Source: an uncultured Marmoricola sp.
GTDB lineage: Bacteria; Actinomycetota; Actinomycetes; Propionibacteriales; Nocardioidaceae
Assembly: GCA_964600765.1 (NCBI GenBank)
Contig: CAZRKI010000004.1
Coordinates: forward strand, 11,162-75,161
DNA: 64,000 nt
Direction of reading: 5' to 3'
The notes beneath the pieces were generated by a model. The model saw only the letters and a list, made by a program, of their open reading frames with translations, did not search any database and was not told where the DNA came from. This document shows positions 19,122 to 29,229 of this stretch, one piece after another (the first letter of the stretch is position 1; the number at the start of each line of letters is the position of its first letter). A program made the position numbers and the translations under genes.

Positions 19122-19628
19122 GTGGGAATTCAACCTAAGCTGCTCAACCAGGGCGAACACGTAATCATCGCCACCCGTACGCACCTGAAGGCGATGCTGA
19201 TGCCCGGCGTCTGGCTCCTGGTCATCAGTGGGCTGGCTGGATTCCTCTCCACCCTGGCCAGCGGCGACCAGAAGTCCCTGATGCTGATCGTTATCTGGGT
19301 GGCGGCGGCGATTTGCCTGATCATCTTCTCCCTGGTGCCCTTCCTGAAATGGCTGACTTCCACCTACGTCTTCACCAACCGCCGACTGATCACCAGGTCG
19401 GGAGTCCTGGCCCGACGCGGCCACGACATCCCGGTGCCCAGAATCAGTGATGTGGCCTTCGAGAAGGGTGTGCTGGACCGGATTCTTGGCTGCGGCACGT
19501 TGATCGTCACCGATGCCAGTGAGACTGGTCAGGTCAAGTTGCACGACATTCCCCAGATCGAAAAGTTCATGTTGGCCATCCAGCAAGAACTCGCCCACTC
19601 CAGCGGCAAGGCCGATGACGGAGCCTGA
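19122..19628 (+). CDS. Membrane protein with a bPH_2 domain (Rv3278c-like)
   Basis: Two TMs, then YVFTNRRLITRSGVLARRGHDIP and DRILGCGTL. Confidence 0.85.
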   Translation: MGIQPKLLNQGEHVIIATRTHLKAMLMPGVWLLVISGLAGFLSTLASGDQKSLMLIVIWVAAAICLIIFSLVPFLKWLTSTYVFTNRRLITRSGVLARRGHDIPVPRISDVAFEKGVLDRILGCGTLIVTDASETGQVKLHDIPQIEKFMLAIQQELAHSSGKADDGA

Positions 19629-20565
19629 GAGCCTGCAGGAAGCCCTCCTGGCCGACCTGCCCGGTGCGGTCGACCAACAGGCCATCGAGGAGGCCGGCCT
19701 GGACCTGAGTGACGGATTGCGATTGTGGCGCGCCCTGGGTTTCCCGGAGCCGGAGTCCCCAGAGGACTTCGACCAGAGTGATTTCTGGGCAATGGGGGAG
19801 GTCGCCCAGATCATGAAGAACACCGGCATGGACCTGAACCATGCCGTGGCCCTCACCAGGGGAGTCGGCACGACCATGTCCCGTCTTGCCGAATGGCAGG
19901 TTGGGCTATTCGCCAGCTTCCTGGATGGCCTGGAGACCGATGAGGAACGCCAGGAGGCTGCTTTCGCTTTGTTGGCTGGGATGAGGCCACGGTTTGAATC
20001 GCTGCTGTACTACGCCTGGCGACGCCACCTGGCCGCTTCAGTGGCCCGTCTGTCCAGTGTGGATCGCCCCGAGGAACTTTCCATGGCCACCGTGGGTTTT
20101 GCGGATCTGGTTCAGTTCAGTGCGCTGTCCAATGAACTCAACCCCGATGAGGTCGGTGAGTTGGTGGAGGTCTTCGAGGGCAACTCCCACGATGTCGTGT
20201 TCGAGCACGGTGGCCGGGTGATCAAGGGGCTGGGCGACTCTGTGTTGTTCACGGCGCCCAACCCGGAGGCCGGAATTGCGGTTGCCTGGGACATCATCGA
20301 CATGGTCTCGCGCTTCGATTTGATCCCTGATGTGCGCACCGGTGTGGTTTACGGGTCTGTGGTCAAGCGCATGGGGGATGTGTATGGACCAGCGGTAAAT
20401 CTGGCCTCCCGGCTGACCGCAGTGGCGCGACGCAATCGGGTGATCACCGATGGCCGCACTGCAGATTTACTACCGGATGGCTATGTCACCAGGGTGTTGC
20501 CGGCTCGCGAGGTCAGGGGTTTTGGGATCATTGAGCCAGTGTCAGTTGGACGACCGCTCGGCTAG
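19615..20565 (+). CDS. Class III adenylate/guanylate cyclase with an N-terminal regulatory domain
   Basis: VGFADLVQFS, VIKGLGDSVLF and GDVYGPAVNLASRL carry both Asp, the Lys and the Asn/Arg catalytic residues. Start at ATG 19615 overlaps the upstream gene. Confidence 0.92.
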   Translation: MTEPESLQEALLADLPGAVDQQAIEEAGLDLSDGLRLWRALGFPEPESPEDFDQSDFWAMGEVAQIMKNTGMDLNHAVALTRGVGTTMSRLAEWQVGLFASFLDGLETDEERQEAAFALLAGMRPRFESLLYYAWRRHLAASVARLSSVDRPEELSMATVGFADLVQFSALSNELNPDEVGELVEVFEGNSHDVVFEHGGRVIKGLGDSVLFTAPNPEAGIAVAWDIIDMVSRFDLIPDVRTGVVYGSVVKRMGDVYGPAVNLASRLTAVARRNRVITDGRTADLLPDGYVTRVLPAREVRGFGIIEPVSVGRPLG

Positions 20566-21006
20566 GTTGTCGGCGTACGTCACCAGTCGGCGCAGGAAAT
20601 CCTGCATCAGTGGTTTGAACACCAACATCACCAGACGGCCATTACCGCGGAATGACTCCTGAAAGCTGCCACTCCAGGTAACCAGTGTCCCCGCAGCATG
20701 GGGCTCGAACTCCACCAACGACCGATAGCCCTTCAGTGGGGCTCGATCCCGGGCCATCTCATAGCCATAGCGATGTGGTCGTTCATGGATTGTGGTGCGT
20801 TCGCGGGCTGTCGTGAATCCCGGCCCGAGTGCCCGGATTGCACCAACTCCAGCGTCCTGGTCTGGTCCCAGATAGGAGAAGTTTGAGGACAACACCATGG
20901 GGCCGGCCCAGTGCTTCCACTGGTCCCCATTGGCCACCAGGTCAAAAAGTGTTTCGGGAGGTGCGGTGGAAATCCTGATGAAGCGGTAGGTGATGGTTCG
21001 CGACAT
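20542..21006 (-). CDS. SRPBCC (polyketide cyclase/START-like) protein
   Basis: APPETLFDLVA, GVGAIRAL and Y...VTWSGSF pattern. Start set at ATG 21006. Confidence 0.82.
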   Translation of the reverse strand: MSRTITYRFIRISTAPPETLFDLVANGDQWKHWAGPMVLSSNFSYLGPDQDAGVGAIRALGPGFTTARERTTIHERPHRYGYEMARDRAPLKGYRSLVEFEPHAAGTLVTWSGSFQESFRGNGRLVMLVFKPLMQDFLRRLVTYADNLAERSSN

Positions 21007-21087
21007 GGAGGCTCCTTGGGTCAAACTGCTGCCCAGCAACCGTACTGTGCCCAGAGCGTGCTCCGGAGAATGGATAGGGTCAGCAGT

Positions 21088-22245
21088 GTGAGTGCAACAG
21101 GTGCGCCGAAGGTGGCCGTGATTGGCGGGGGTCAATTGGCCCGGATGCTGGCCGAACCAGCAGCAGCCCTCGGGATCCCGTTGCGACTACTTGCGGAGTC
21201 GCCAGGCGTTTGTGCAGTTGAGGTGATCGGTGATCATCAGGTCGGCGACTACCGTGACCTGGACACCCTGAGACAGGTCGTTGCTGGGTGTGCTGTGGTC
21301 ACCTTCGACCATGAGCACGTGCCAACCGATCACCTGTACCAGTTGCAGGAACTGGCTGCTGTGCACCCTGGCCCAACTGCGCTGATCCATGCCCAGGACA
21401 AGGCAGCCATGCGGGAGCGACTGGGGGAGATGGGCATCCCCTGCCCGCGGAATGCAGTTGTCGCATCCCTTGAGGACGTTGCTGAGTTTGGTTATCCCTG
21501 TGTGCTGAAAGCAACCCGTGGTGGATACGACGGTAAGGGTGTGTGGGTGGTGACCGAGCCAGCCGATGCGACTGCGGTATTTGCGGCGACTGGGGAGTCG
21601 GGGGTGGGCATCCTGGCAGAGGAGTTGGTGGATTTCAGACGCGAATTGTCTGCGCTGGTGGCGCGCGCTCCGTCAGGCCAGGTGGCCGCCTGGCCGGTAG
21701 TTCAAACCACTCAACGCGATGGCATCTGTCATGAGGTGATTGCGCCAGCGCCTGATCTGGCAGTGGAACTGAGTGATCAGGCCCAGCAGATTGCCATCCG
21801 GATAGCCGGGGAACTCGATGTGGTGGGCGTACTGGCGGTTGAACTCTTCGAAACCACCGACGGGCGGATCCTGGTCAATGAGTTGGCCATGAGGCCACAC
21901 AACACCGGTCACTGGACCCAGGATGGGGCGATCACCTCGCAGTTCGAGAACCACCTGCGGGCAGTCCTGGACCTACCGCTTGGGGCCCCGCACGCACGGG
22001 CCACCTGGACAGTGATGGTGAACATCCTTGGGGGGAGCCAGAGTACCGGTCAGCTCTATGAGGGTTACCCCCATGCATTGGCCCGGGATCCCCGAATCAG
22101 GGTGCATCTGTATGGCAAGGAGTTCCGGCCGGGCCGCAAGGTGGGGCACGTCAATGCCTATGGCGACGATCTGGATGATTGTCTGGAACGTGCTCGACAT
22201 GCAGCGGGTTGGTTTGCAGGAGAGTTGGGAGACACCAGTGAGTGA
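21088..22245 (+). CDS. purK: N5-CAIR synthetase
   Basis: [36 protein letters not shown] and RKVGHV motifs. GTG 21088 lies 7 nt after TAGGGT. Confidence 0.96.
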   Translation: MSATGAPKVAVIGGGQLARMLAEPAAALGIPLRLLAESPGVCAVEVIGDHQVGDYRDLDTLRQVVAGCAVVTFDHEHVPTDHLYQLQELAAVHPGPTALIHAQDKAAMRERLGEMGIPCPRNAVVASLEDVAEFGYPCVLKATRGGYDGKGVWVVTEPADATAVFAATGESGVGILAEELVDFRRELSALVARAPSGQVAAWPVVQTTQRDGICHEVIAPAPDLAVELSDQAQQIAIRIAGELDVVGVLAVELFETTDGRILVNELAMRPHNTGHWTQDGAITSQFENHLRAVLDLPLGAPHARATWTVMVNILGGSQSTGQLYEGYPHALARDPRIRVHLYGKEFRPGRKVGHVNAYGDDLDDCLERARHAAGWFAGELGDTSE

Positions 22246-22762
22246 TCAGGGAGGGTCCGTGCGGCCCCGGGTTGGCATAGTGATGGGCTCGGACTCGGAC
22301 TGGCCGGTAATGCAGGCAGCAGCACAGGCTTGCGCGGAGTTTGGGATTCCCCACGAGGCAGATGTGGTTTCGGCGCACCGGATGCCTGATGAAATGCTGG
22401 ATTACGGTCGCCGGGCCGCGGCTCGTGGGATTGAGGTGATCATTGCCGGTGCCGGTGGTGCTGCTCACCTGCCCGGGATGTTGGCTGCGGTGACACCGTT
22501 GCCGGTGATCGGGGTGCCGGTACCGTTGAAATATCTCGATGGTATGGATTCCCTGCTCTCCATCGTGCAGATGCCGGCCGGGGTTCCAGTTGCCACCGTG
22601 GCCATCGGCAATGCCCGCAATGCTGGGTTGCTGGCGGTGCGCATCCTGGCCAGTTCCGACCCGGTGCTGCAGGAGCAGATGATTGCCTTCCAGACTGAAC
22701 TGCGCGACCTGGCCTCCGCCAAGGGGCAGGTGGTCCGGGGGTCAGCCAGCGAGGAAGGCTAG
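22238..22762 (+). CDS. purE: N5-CAIR mutase
   Basis: [35 protein letters not shown] and [11 protein letters not shown] motifs. Confidence 0.97.
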   Translation: MSDQGGSVRPRVGIVMGSDSDWPVMQAAAQACAEFGIPHEADVVSAHRMPDEMLDYGRRAAARGIEVIIAGAGGAAHLPGMLAAVTPLPVIGVPVPLKYLDGMDSLLSIVQMPAGVPVATVAIGNARNAGLLAVRILASSDPVLQEQMIAFQTELRDLASAKGQVVRGSASEEG

Positions 22763-23593
22763 CACCTCAGCGTTGACCGTACTGGGGCGCTCCAGGTGCA
22801 GGAAGTGTCCTGTATTCGGTATCTCCACGGACCCAGTCAATCGTGACAGGGCTGGACTGAAGCAGCCATCCGTTGCCCCATGCAGGTACTTGACCGGTAC
22901 GACGGGTTGGCGCAGCCAGGCCTCGTCCCCCCGGACCCGACGTAACGCCCGGTAATAGTTGAAAACCGCCTTCCGGTGTTCTGGCGTTGCCAACGCAGCC
23001 AGGGCACCAATCAGATCCTCAGTGGCGTCGTATCCGGGTGACCAGGACCGCCATAGGTGACGAATCAGCGGGTGGCTCACCCGTTCCGGCAGTGCGGGCA
23101 ACTGGTTGAAACCGATGTACCAACTGCGACCCAACTGGGCCAACAGCGGGAGCACAGCATCTCTGGTGTGGGCCTGGTCGACAAGTGACCAGAGCGACGG
23201 AATAGCCAGGGAAACACACCTGTCGAAGTCGGACTCCGGAACCGCGGCCAGCGCCTGGGCAGTGATTCCACCCCAGTCATGTCCGATCGCCACAGCTGGT
23301 CCACTGGGATGGAGCTGTCGCCGAATGCTGCTGGCATCCCCGGCCAGGGCGGTCACCGAGAACAAGTTGTCATTGGGTAGCCCAGACGGGGCATAGCCAC
23401 GAGTGAACGGTGCCACGACGTGGTAACCAGCCCGGGCCAGGTCTGGACCCAGGAATCGCCAGGTATTGGCAGAGTCGGGAAAGCCATGCAGGCACAGGGC
23501 CAGGGGGGCCTCAGGGTCACCCCATTGCAGCGCGGTCAACCGCACCTGCGGCAGATCCAGGGTGATCTCCCTGGGTCCTGGCTGATTCGACAT
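22742..23593 (-). CDS. Alpha/beta hydrolase, epoxide-hydrolase-like
   Basis: LHGFPD, RGYAPS, Asp nucleophile in GHDWGG and His in GHFLHLE. Start set at ATG 23593. Confidence 0.87.
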   Translation of the reverse strand: MSNQPGPREITLDLPQVRLTALQWGDPEAPLALCLHGFPDSANTWRFLGPDLARAGYHVVAPFTRGYAPSGLPNDNLFSVTALAGDASSIRRQLHPSGPAVAIGHDWGGITAQALAAVPESDFDRCVSLAIPSLWSLVDQAHTRDAVLPLLAQLGRSWYIGFNQLPALPERVSHPLIRHLWRSWSPGYDATEDLIGALAALATPEHRKAVFNYYRALRRVRGDEAWLRQPVVPVKYLHGATDGCFSPALSRLTGSVEIPNTGHFLHLERPSTVNAEVLAFLAG

Positions 23594-23616
23594 GGCCCTG
23601 AGTAGATCACGGTGCC

Positions 23617-23665
23617 TTGACGCTTGCCGTGGGTAGGCATAATCTACAACCAAATGGTTGTAGAT
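23617..23665 (+). promoter_or_regulatory. Sigma-A promoter TTGACG-17 bp-TAATCT overlapped by the inverted repeat ATCTACAACCA-AA-TGGTTGTAGAT (23642-23665), a likely ArsR autoregulatory operator
   Basis: 11-bp perfect arms covering the -10, the predicted start site and the ATG at 23654. Confidence 0.75.
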
Positions 23666-23992
23666 GAAATGACTGCGGAAGACGTGGACCGGATCTTCCA
23701 GGCCCTGGCCCATCAGGTTCGACGCGACATATTGCGGCGCACGATGCGGTCGAGTGCCAGTGTCAGCGAGCTGGCCGCTAGCTATGACATGTCATTCGCA
23801 GCAGTGCAGAAACACGTGGCCGTGCTGGATCGGGCAGCACTGATCACCAAGCAGTCACGTGGTCGGATCTGTGTGATCAGGGGGAACCCGGAAACGCTGG
23901 TCCGGGCACAGCAGTTGTTGTCCGAGTACGAACAGATCTGGCGGTCGCGGATCTCGCGGATGGACGCCTTGTTTGCCGAAGAAGATGAGTAG
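23654..23992 (+). CDS. ArsR/SmtB-family transcriptional regulator
   Basis: IFQALAHQVRRDIL and MSFAAVQKHVAVLDRAALIT winged HTH. Confidence 0.9.
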   Translation: MVVDEMTAEDVDRIFQALAHQVRRDILRRTMRSSASVSELAASYDMSFAAVQKHVAVLDRAALITKQSRGRICVIRGNPETLVRAQQLLSEYEQIWRSRISRMDALFAEEDE

Positions 23993-24000
23993 GAATAGCC

Positions 24001-24987
24001 ATGCCAATCAGTTCAGTTGAGCGCGATGTCGAAGAACTCACCATGACAGTGGTGGCCGATTTTCCGGTGCCGGTGTCCCGGCTCTGGGATGCCTACGTTG
24101 ACCCCAGACAGTTGGAGAAATTCTGGGGCCCACCGATGTGGCCAGCCACCTTCACCCAGCATGATGTTTTCCCCGGTGGTCGCTCCGCATATGCCATGAC
24201 CGGCCCGGAGGGGGAGCGCTCACAGGGTTACTGGGAGTTCATCCGGGTGGAGCCATTGAAGAGCTTTGAGGTGCTGGACGGATTTGCCAATGACGATGGC
24301 ACCCCGAATCTCGAAATGCCCAATATGCGGATGGTCTTCCAGTTTGACGCCACATCCTCGGGGTCCCGCCTGATCACCACGACGTACTTCAACAGTCTGG
24401 CCGAGTTGGAACAACTCATCGGGATGGGCATGGAAGAGGGGATGCGGCAGGCGATGGGCCAGATTGATGAGGTGCTGGCCGACCTCCGCTCCTTTGCCGC
24501 GGACCAGCCCACCCGGGCTCAACAGATCGGTGAACTCACGCTGCGCACCAGCCGGATCATTCGGGGTTCGGTGGGACAGGTCTGGGCGGCGCACCATGAT
24601 CCAGTCCAGGTGGCTGCGTGGATGACCGGGCCGGATGGCTGGTCCATGCCCACCTGCGAGACCGGGAGCCGGGTGGGGGAGTGCTATCGCTATGTCTGGC
24701 GTGAGGACAGCAGCGGGGTCACCTTCTGGTCAACCGGGGAGATCCTGCAATCCAGCCCTCCCCATCGCGAGGTCTTCACCGAGCGGATGGAGGGCGAAGT
24801 GATCCCGGAGCCAACCGTGACCACCACTAACGAACTGACCCTGACCCCACTTTCCGAGGGGACCCTGTTGGCCATCGTCACCACCTATCCCGACGAAGCC
24901 ACCCTGAATGCCGTATTGGGCACTGGCATGGTGGCCGGCATGGAAACCAGTTACCTACGCCTGGAACAGGTACTCGCCGAGCGCTGA
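24001..24987 (+). CDS. Tandem SRPBCC/AHSA1-domain protein
   Basis: Two AHSA1-like repeats (RLWDAYVDP..FWGPP; QVWAAHHDP..WMTGP), each ending in a GM..G helix. Confidence 0.88.
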   Translation: MPISSVERDVEELTMTVVADFPVPVSRLWDAYVDPRQLEKFWGPPMWPATFTQHDVFPGGRSAYAMTGPEGERSQGYWEFIRVEPLKSFEVLDGFANDDGTPNLEMPNMRMVFQFDATSSGSRLITTTYFNSLAELEQLIGMGMEEGMRQAMGQIDEVLADLRSFAADQPTRAQQIGELTLRTSRIIRGSVGQVWAAHHDPVQVAAWMTGPDGWSMPTCETGSRVGECYRYVWREDSSGVTFWSTGEILQSSPPHREVFTERMEGEVIPEPTVTTTNELTLTPLSEGTLLAIVTTYPDEATLNAVLGTGMVAGMETSYLRLEQVLAER

Positions 24988-24996
24988 CGCGACAGG

Positions 24997-25887
24997 TCAG
25001 TCGCGGTCCCCGAAGACATCCGGGATGTCTGAGGTCAGGGAGGAGAATTTCGGATCACGTTTCTCCAGGAAAGCAGCCACGCCCTCCTTGCCGTCATTGA
25101 TGCTGGTGTAGAACATCGCCAGGCTGTCCGAGCGATGTGCCTGGACCGGGTCTGTTGCAGTTGAGTTGCGGTAGAGCAACTGCTTGGCCAGCCCGACCGC
25201 CACCGCGGAGCGACCCACCACGAAACTGCGGGCCAACTCCAGGGCAGCTTCCACCAGCTCATCGGCAGGGTGAACCGACCGCACGAGACCGCCGGACCGG
25301 GCCTGTTCAGCGGTGAGGATCTCTGCGGAGTAGACCCACTCCAGGGCCTGCTGTAGGCCTACCAGTCGGGGCAGGAAGTAGCTGGAGCAGGCCTCTGGGA
25401 CGATTCCGATCTTGCCAAAGACGAATCCGATCCGGGCGCCTTCTGAGGCCATTCGGATATCCATGGCCAGGGTCATGGTGGCGCCGATACCGACTGCTGG
25501 ACCATTGATGGCCGCAATCACTGGTTTGGCGAGATTGTGGATGGCCAGGGTTACCTTGCCGCCGGTGTCCCGGACTCCCTGCTCGATCTCAGGATCATCG
25601 AATCGATCCCGAAGGTCGGCCGGGGTGGGCTGCAGGTCCTCGTTCAGGCCAAAGACATTGCCCGAACCATTGAGATCCATGCCAGCACAGAAGGCTCGCC
25701 CGGCTCCGGTCACCACTACGGCCCGGACGGCGTCATCGTGGGCTTCCTCGGAGAACACCTGGTGTAATTCCCGGGCCATGGTCACCGAGAACGCGTTCAG
25801 CGCATCGGGGCGATTCAGGGTGAGCAGGGCGATGCCGTCCTCATCGACTTCCCAGGTCAGGGTTTCAAAGGTACTGCGTTGGGGCAC
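24997..25887 (-). CDS. Enoyl-CoA hydratase/isomerase (crotonase family)
   Basis: LNRPDALNA, AFCAGMDL, KPVIAAINGPAVGIG and EGVAAFLEKR motifs. Confidence 0.93.
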   Translation of the reverse strand: MPQRSTFETLTWEVDEDGIALLTLNRPDALNAFSVTMARELHQVFSEEAHDDAVRAVVVTGAGRAFCAGMDLNGSGNVFGLNEDLQPTPADLRDRFDDPEIEQGVRDTGGKVTLAIHNLAKPVIAAINGPAVGIGATMTLAMDIRMASEGARIGFVFGKIGIVPEACSSYFLPRLVGLQQALEWVYSAEILTAEQARSGGLVRSVHPADELVEAALELARSFVVGRSAVAVGLAKQLLYRNSTATDPVQAHRSDSLAMFYTSINDGKEGVAAFLEKRDPKFSSLTSDIPDVFGDRD

Positions 25888-25934
25888 GGTTGGGTTTCTC
25901 CTCTCCAGGCTGCTGGGAGCCGCGCCGGGCCGGT

Positions 25935-27080
25935 CTATTCAGGCAGGCCACCAGGAGTGCACAGTCTCTTGGTGATGGCGTCGGTCTGGTCCGCTTTGAG
26001 CAGCCCGAACAACTTCTTTGCCCTCTCAGTATCCCAGTGAACCGCCAAATCCCTAATTGGGACCGCGCAGGTGAGACCCTTCTCACCACTGACCTTCGTC
26101 ATGGCCAGGGCAAAGCCAGCCATCGCAACCGGCCCGGTGCCCTTGCTGATCGTGATCGAGGAGGACACGGCCTGGTTGATGCGGTAGTAGCGGAAGGGAT
26201 TGACGAAGGTCCATGGTGACTTGACCTCGTCCCCGATGGCACCAAGGACCTCGCGTTGGTGTTGAGCCCGACCCAGATCACCATTTGCCATCGTGTAGCG
26301 CGAACGCGAGTACCCCAGAGCCACCACTCCGTTGACTTCCTGGCAGCCCTTGTTGATCCGCAGGTTGGCCTTGGGATCAACCATCCTCCTGGTTGGGCAG
26401 ATGGTCACTCCACCAACTGCGTCCACGATCCTGACGAAACCGCCGAATCCGATCTCCACGTAGTTGTCAATCCGTAATCCGGTGTTCTGTTCAACGGTGC
26501 GGACCAACAGTTTGGGGCCGCCCCAGGCGAATGCGGCATTGATCTTGGAAGTGCCGTGCCCGGGGATTGGCACCAGCGAGTCACGGGGGATGGACATCAA
26601 CACCGGCTTCCCGCTGCCGGTGTGGAGGATCATGATGGTGTCGGTGCGTTGTCCAATATCCCCAACTCCGCCGGTGCCCAGTCTTTTGTTCTCCTTTCGG
26701 CTCAACCCTCGCCGGGAGTCACTGCCGACCAGGAGGTAGTTGGTACCCGGTTGGTCTCCGATCTGATTGGCAGTGGAGATGTCCACCCGATTGATCCGGG
26801 ACCAGGCCATGATTGGCACCACGACCAGGAAAACCAACCAGAGGGCCAGCAACCCGATCACGATTCGGAGGAGAGGAATCCGGCGTCGAGGTCGTCCGGG
26901 TTGGTTGGGTTGAACGGCCGGCCTCGGTTTCCGGCCAGTGCGTTGATATTCCCGCAGATCATCGCGGGAGATGATCCGGGTGGACTCAGGTGTACTCCGA
27001 TTGGGGCCGGGGCGGGCACCGTAGAGCCACTCGAACTCAGGATCGCCTTGACCGGGAGACTGCTGTGGCGGTTTGGGCAT
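25935..27080 (-). CDS. LCP (LytR-CpsA-Psr) wall glycopolymer ligase
   Basis: LLVGSDSR, RTDTIM, SIPRDS, KINAA, YSRSR and RAQHQR motifs; single TM after a Pro/Arg-rich cytoplasmic N-terminus. Confidence 0.93.
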   Translation of the reverse strand: MPKPPQQSPGQGDPEFEWLYGARPGPNRSTPESTRIISRDDLREYQRTGRKPRPAVQPNQPGRPRRRIPLLRIVIGLLALWLVFLVVVPIMAWSRINRVDISTANQIGDQPGTNYLLVGSDSRRGLSRKENKRLGTGGVGDIGQRTDTIMILHTGSGKPVLMSIPRDSLVPIPGHGTSKINAAFAWGGPKLLVRTVEQNTGLRIDNYVEIGFGGFVRIVDAVGGVTICPTRRMVDPKANLRINKGCQEVNGVVALGYSRSRYTMANGDLGRAQHQREVLGAIGDEVKSPWTFVNPFRYYRINQAVSSSITISKGTGPVAMAGFALAMTKVSGEKGLTCAVPIRDLAVHWDTERAKKLFGLLKADQTDAITKRLCTPGGLPE

Positions 27081-27131
27081 GCAGCAGACGGTACCGGTAC
27101 CAACCTGAGGAATTGCCGCTAGCTTGGGTCT

Positions 27132-27638
27132 GTGAGCGAAGATCCCACAACGGCGCTACCGCCCTCCTACAGTCGGGTGACCCTGACCCTGCTGGCCAGT
27201 CAGACCCATGTCAACCTCTATGGAACTGTTCACGGTGGTGAGGTGATGAGACTCGTGGACAGCACCGCTGGAGCCGTGGCCGGTAGACACAGCGGTGGTC
27301 AGGCGGTCACCGCTGCGATGGATGAGATGGCCTTCCTGGCCCCGGTGCACGTGGGTGACATCCTGCGGGCCAGCGCTCAGGTGAATTGGGCCGGACGCAC
27401 CTCCATGGAGGTTGGGGTTCGGGTGATGAGTGAGCCATGGAATCGGGCTGGCATCGAGCCGGTGCATGTTGCTTCTGCATATTTGGTCTTCGTCGCGGTT
27501 GATCCCGATGGACGTCCACGTGAGATTCCGGCACTGCGTCCGGAGACCAAGGAGGAAATCCGCAGGATGCGTGAGGCCTCGATTCGGCGAACCCATCGGT
27601 TGGCGGCCAAGCGCGAGATCCGTGAGGGCCGCAGTTGA
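27132..27638 (+). CDS. Acyl-CoA thioesterase (hot-dog fold)
   Basis: NLYGTVHGG, FLAPVHVGD, GRTSMEVGV and AYLVFVAVD motifs. Confidence 0.92.
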   Translation: MSEDPTTALPPSYSRVTLTLLASQTHVNLYGTVHGGEVMRLVDSTAGAVAGRHSGGQAVTAAMDEMAFLAPVHVGDILRASAQVNWAGRTSMEVGVRVMSEPWNRAGIEPVHVASAYLVFVAVDPDGRPREIPALRPETKEEIRRMREASIRRTHRLAAKREIREGRS

Positions 27639-27741
27639 GGTGATCCGCGTTCGGCGTGGCGTGGCGTCTGTTGCGGATGGGGCTGGTGATACTTGGACCA
27701 GACCTGCCCGACCTCTACTTCCCCCCCCAGAGAGGCCTCAC

Positions 27742-29208
27742 ATGGCGACCATGTCATCGCCGGTGCCCAGGACAACTGGGCGCACCCAGCAGTACGGCGC
27801 CGCGATCAGTCGGATTCGTTTCCGACGGGCGATCGCACTTGCGCTGATGACCATGATCCTTCCCGGTTCAGCGCAACTTGCCGTGGGCAACAAGAAGGTG
27901 GGTTGGATTGCCATCAGGACCGTGCTGGGCCTGGCGCTTGGCCTGGCCCTGGTGGGGTTGGTCGCCGCGGTCTTCAATTCTCTGGCCTTTTGGCTGTTGA
28001 CCAATACTTTTGTCCTTGGGTTGATCCGCTTCGGATTGATTGGCTTGGCCATTGGCTGGGCATATCTGTTCGTGGATGCCTGGCGATTGGGTGACCCACT
28101 CAGCATGGAGCGCAAACAGAGGCTGGCCATTGTTTCGCTCAATTCCGCACTGTGCCTGTCCCTGGTGGGCAGCCTGCTCTATGCGTCGCATGTGGTCGGG
28201 GTGCAGAAGAGCCTGATTGCCAACATGTTCGGTGCCTCGGCTGTGAGCAACGCCCATGATGGACGGTTCAACGTGCTACTGCTCGGTGGTGACTCGGGCA
28301 GTGACCGGTGGGGGTTGCGAGCGGACTCGATCAACGTGGCCAGCATTGACGAGGAGACTGGCCGAACGGTGCTGTTCGGATTGCCACGCAATATGCTCAA
28401 CTTCCCCTTTGCCAAGGGGTCCATCATGGACAAACAGTTCCCCAATGGCTACAACTGTGGTTCCGAATGTGAGTTGAACTCCCTGGCCACCTACGCCGCG
28501 GATCACAAGGACCTGTTCCGCAAGTATCGGAATCCGGGTGTGGAGGCCACGATCGAGGCGGTCGAGGGAATCACCGGCCTGAGGATCAACTACTGGGCCA
28601 TGGTCAATCTCAGAGGTTTCGAGAAACTGGTGGATGCAGTTGGTGGGGTTAAGTTGCGGGTGCGTGACCGAATCCCGATTGGTGGAGTTGGAGCCCCAAT
28701 CACCGGCTATATCGAGCCGGGTCACAAGAAGTTGAATGGTTTCCAGACCCTTTGGTTCGCTCGTTCCCGCGCCGCAGCTGATGACTACTCCAGAATGGCC
28801 CGGCAGAAATGCGTGATGAGTGCGATGTTGACCCAACTGTCGCCACAAACCGTGGTTACCAAATTCGGCGACATCGCCGCAGCGAGTGAGGACCTGGTCT
28901 CCACCAACCTGCCGGCATCGCAACTGAGCACCTTCATCCCGTTGGCGCTGAAGGCAAAGAAGCAGAAGATCAAGACGGTCTCCTTTGTGCCTCCCCAAAT
29001 CAACACTGGTCGACCGGACATCAAGAAGATTCAGCAAATGGTTCGAACTGCCATCGATCCACCCCGCAAGAAGGCCACCCCTGATCAGGCACCATCGGGA
29101 TCCACTGCGACCACACCGGCTGGTACCGGCTCGACCAGTGGCTCGATCGGGAACATCCGGGATGGCTATGCCGCCAATCAGTCAAAAGACCTGGCTGGCT
29201 CCTGCTGA
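27742..29208 (+). CDS. LCP-family wall glycopolymer ligase with several N-terminal TMs
   Basis: LLLGGDSG, RADSI, GLPRN, WFARSR and RMARQKC motifs. Start set at ATG 27742. Confidence 0.92.
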   Translation: MATMSSPVPRTTGRTQQYGAAISRIRFRRAIALALMTMILPGSAQLAVGNKKVGWIAIRTVLGLALGLALVGLVAAVFNSLAFWLLTNTFVLGLIRFGLIGLAIGWAYLFVDAWRLGDPLSMERKQRLAIVSLNSALCLSLVGSLLYASHVVGVQKSLIANMFGASAVSNAHDGRFNVLLLGGDSGSDRWGLRADSINVASIDEETGRTVLFGLPRNMLNFPFAKGSIMDKQFPNGYNCGSECELNSLATYAADHKDLFRKYRNPGVEATIEAVEGITGLRINYWAMVNLRGFEKLVDAVGGVKLRVRDRIPIGGVGAPITGYIEPGHKKLNGFQTLWFARSRAAADDYSRMARQKCVMSAMLTQLSPQTVVTKFGDIAAASEDLVSTNLPASQLSTFIPLALKAKKQKIKTVSFVPPQINTGRPDIKKIQQMVRTAIDPPRKKATPDQAPSGSTATTPAGTGSTSGSIGNIRDGYAANQSKDLAGSC

Positions 29209-29229
29209 CCGTCGCGTAGGGTTCACCCC

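Noticed and set aside
27721-27728. C8 homopolymer upstream of the LCP-galactan genes as a phase-variation tract
   Set aside because: Eight Cs are short and expected by chance at this GC content, and the tract is not clearly in a promoter spacer.
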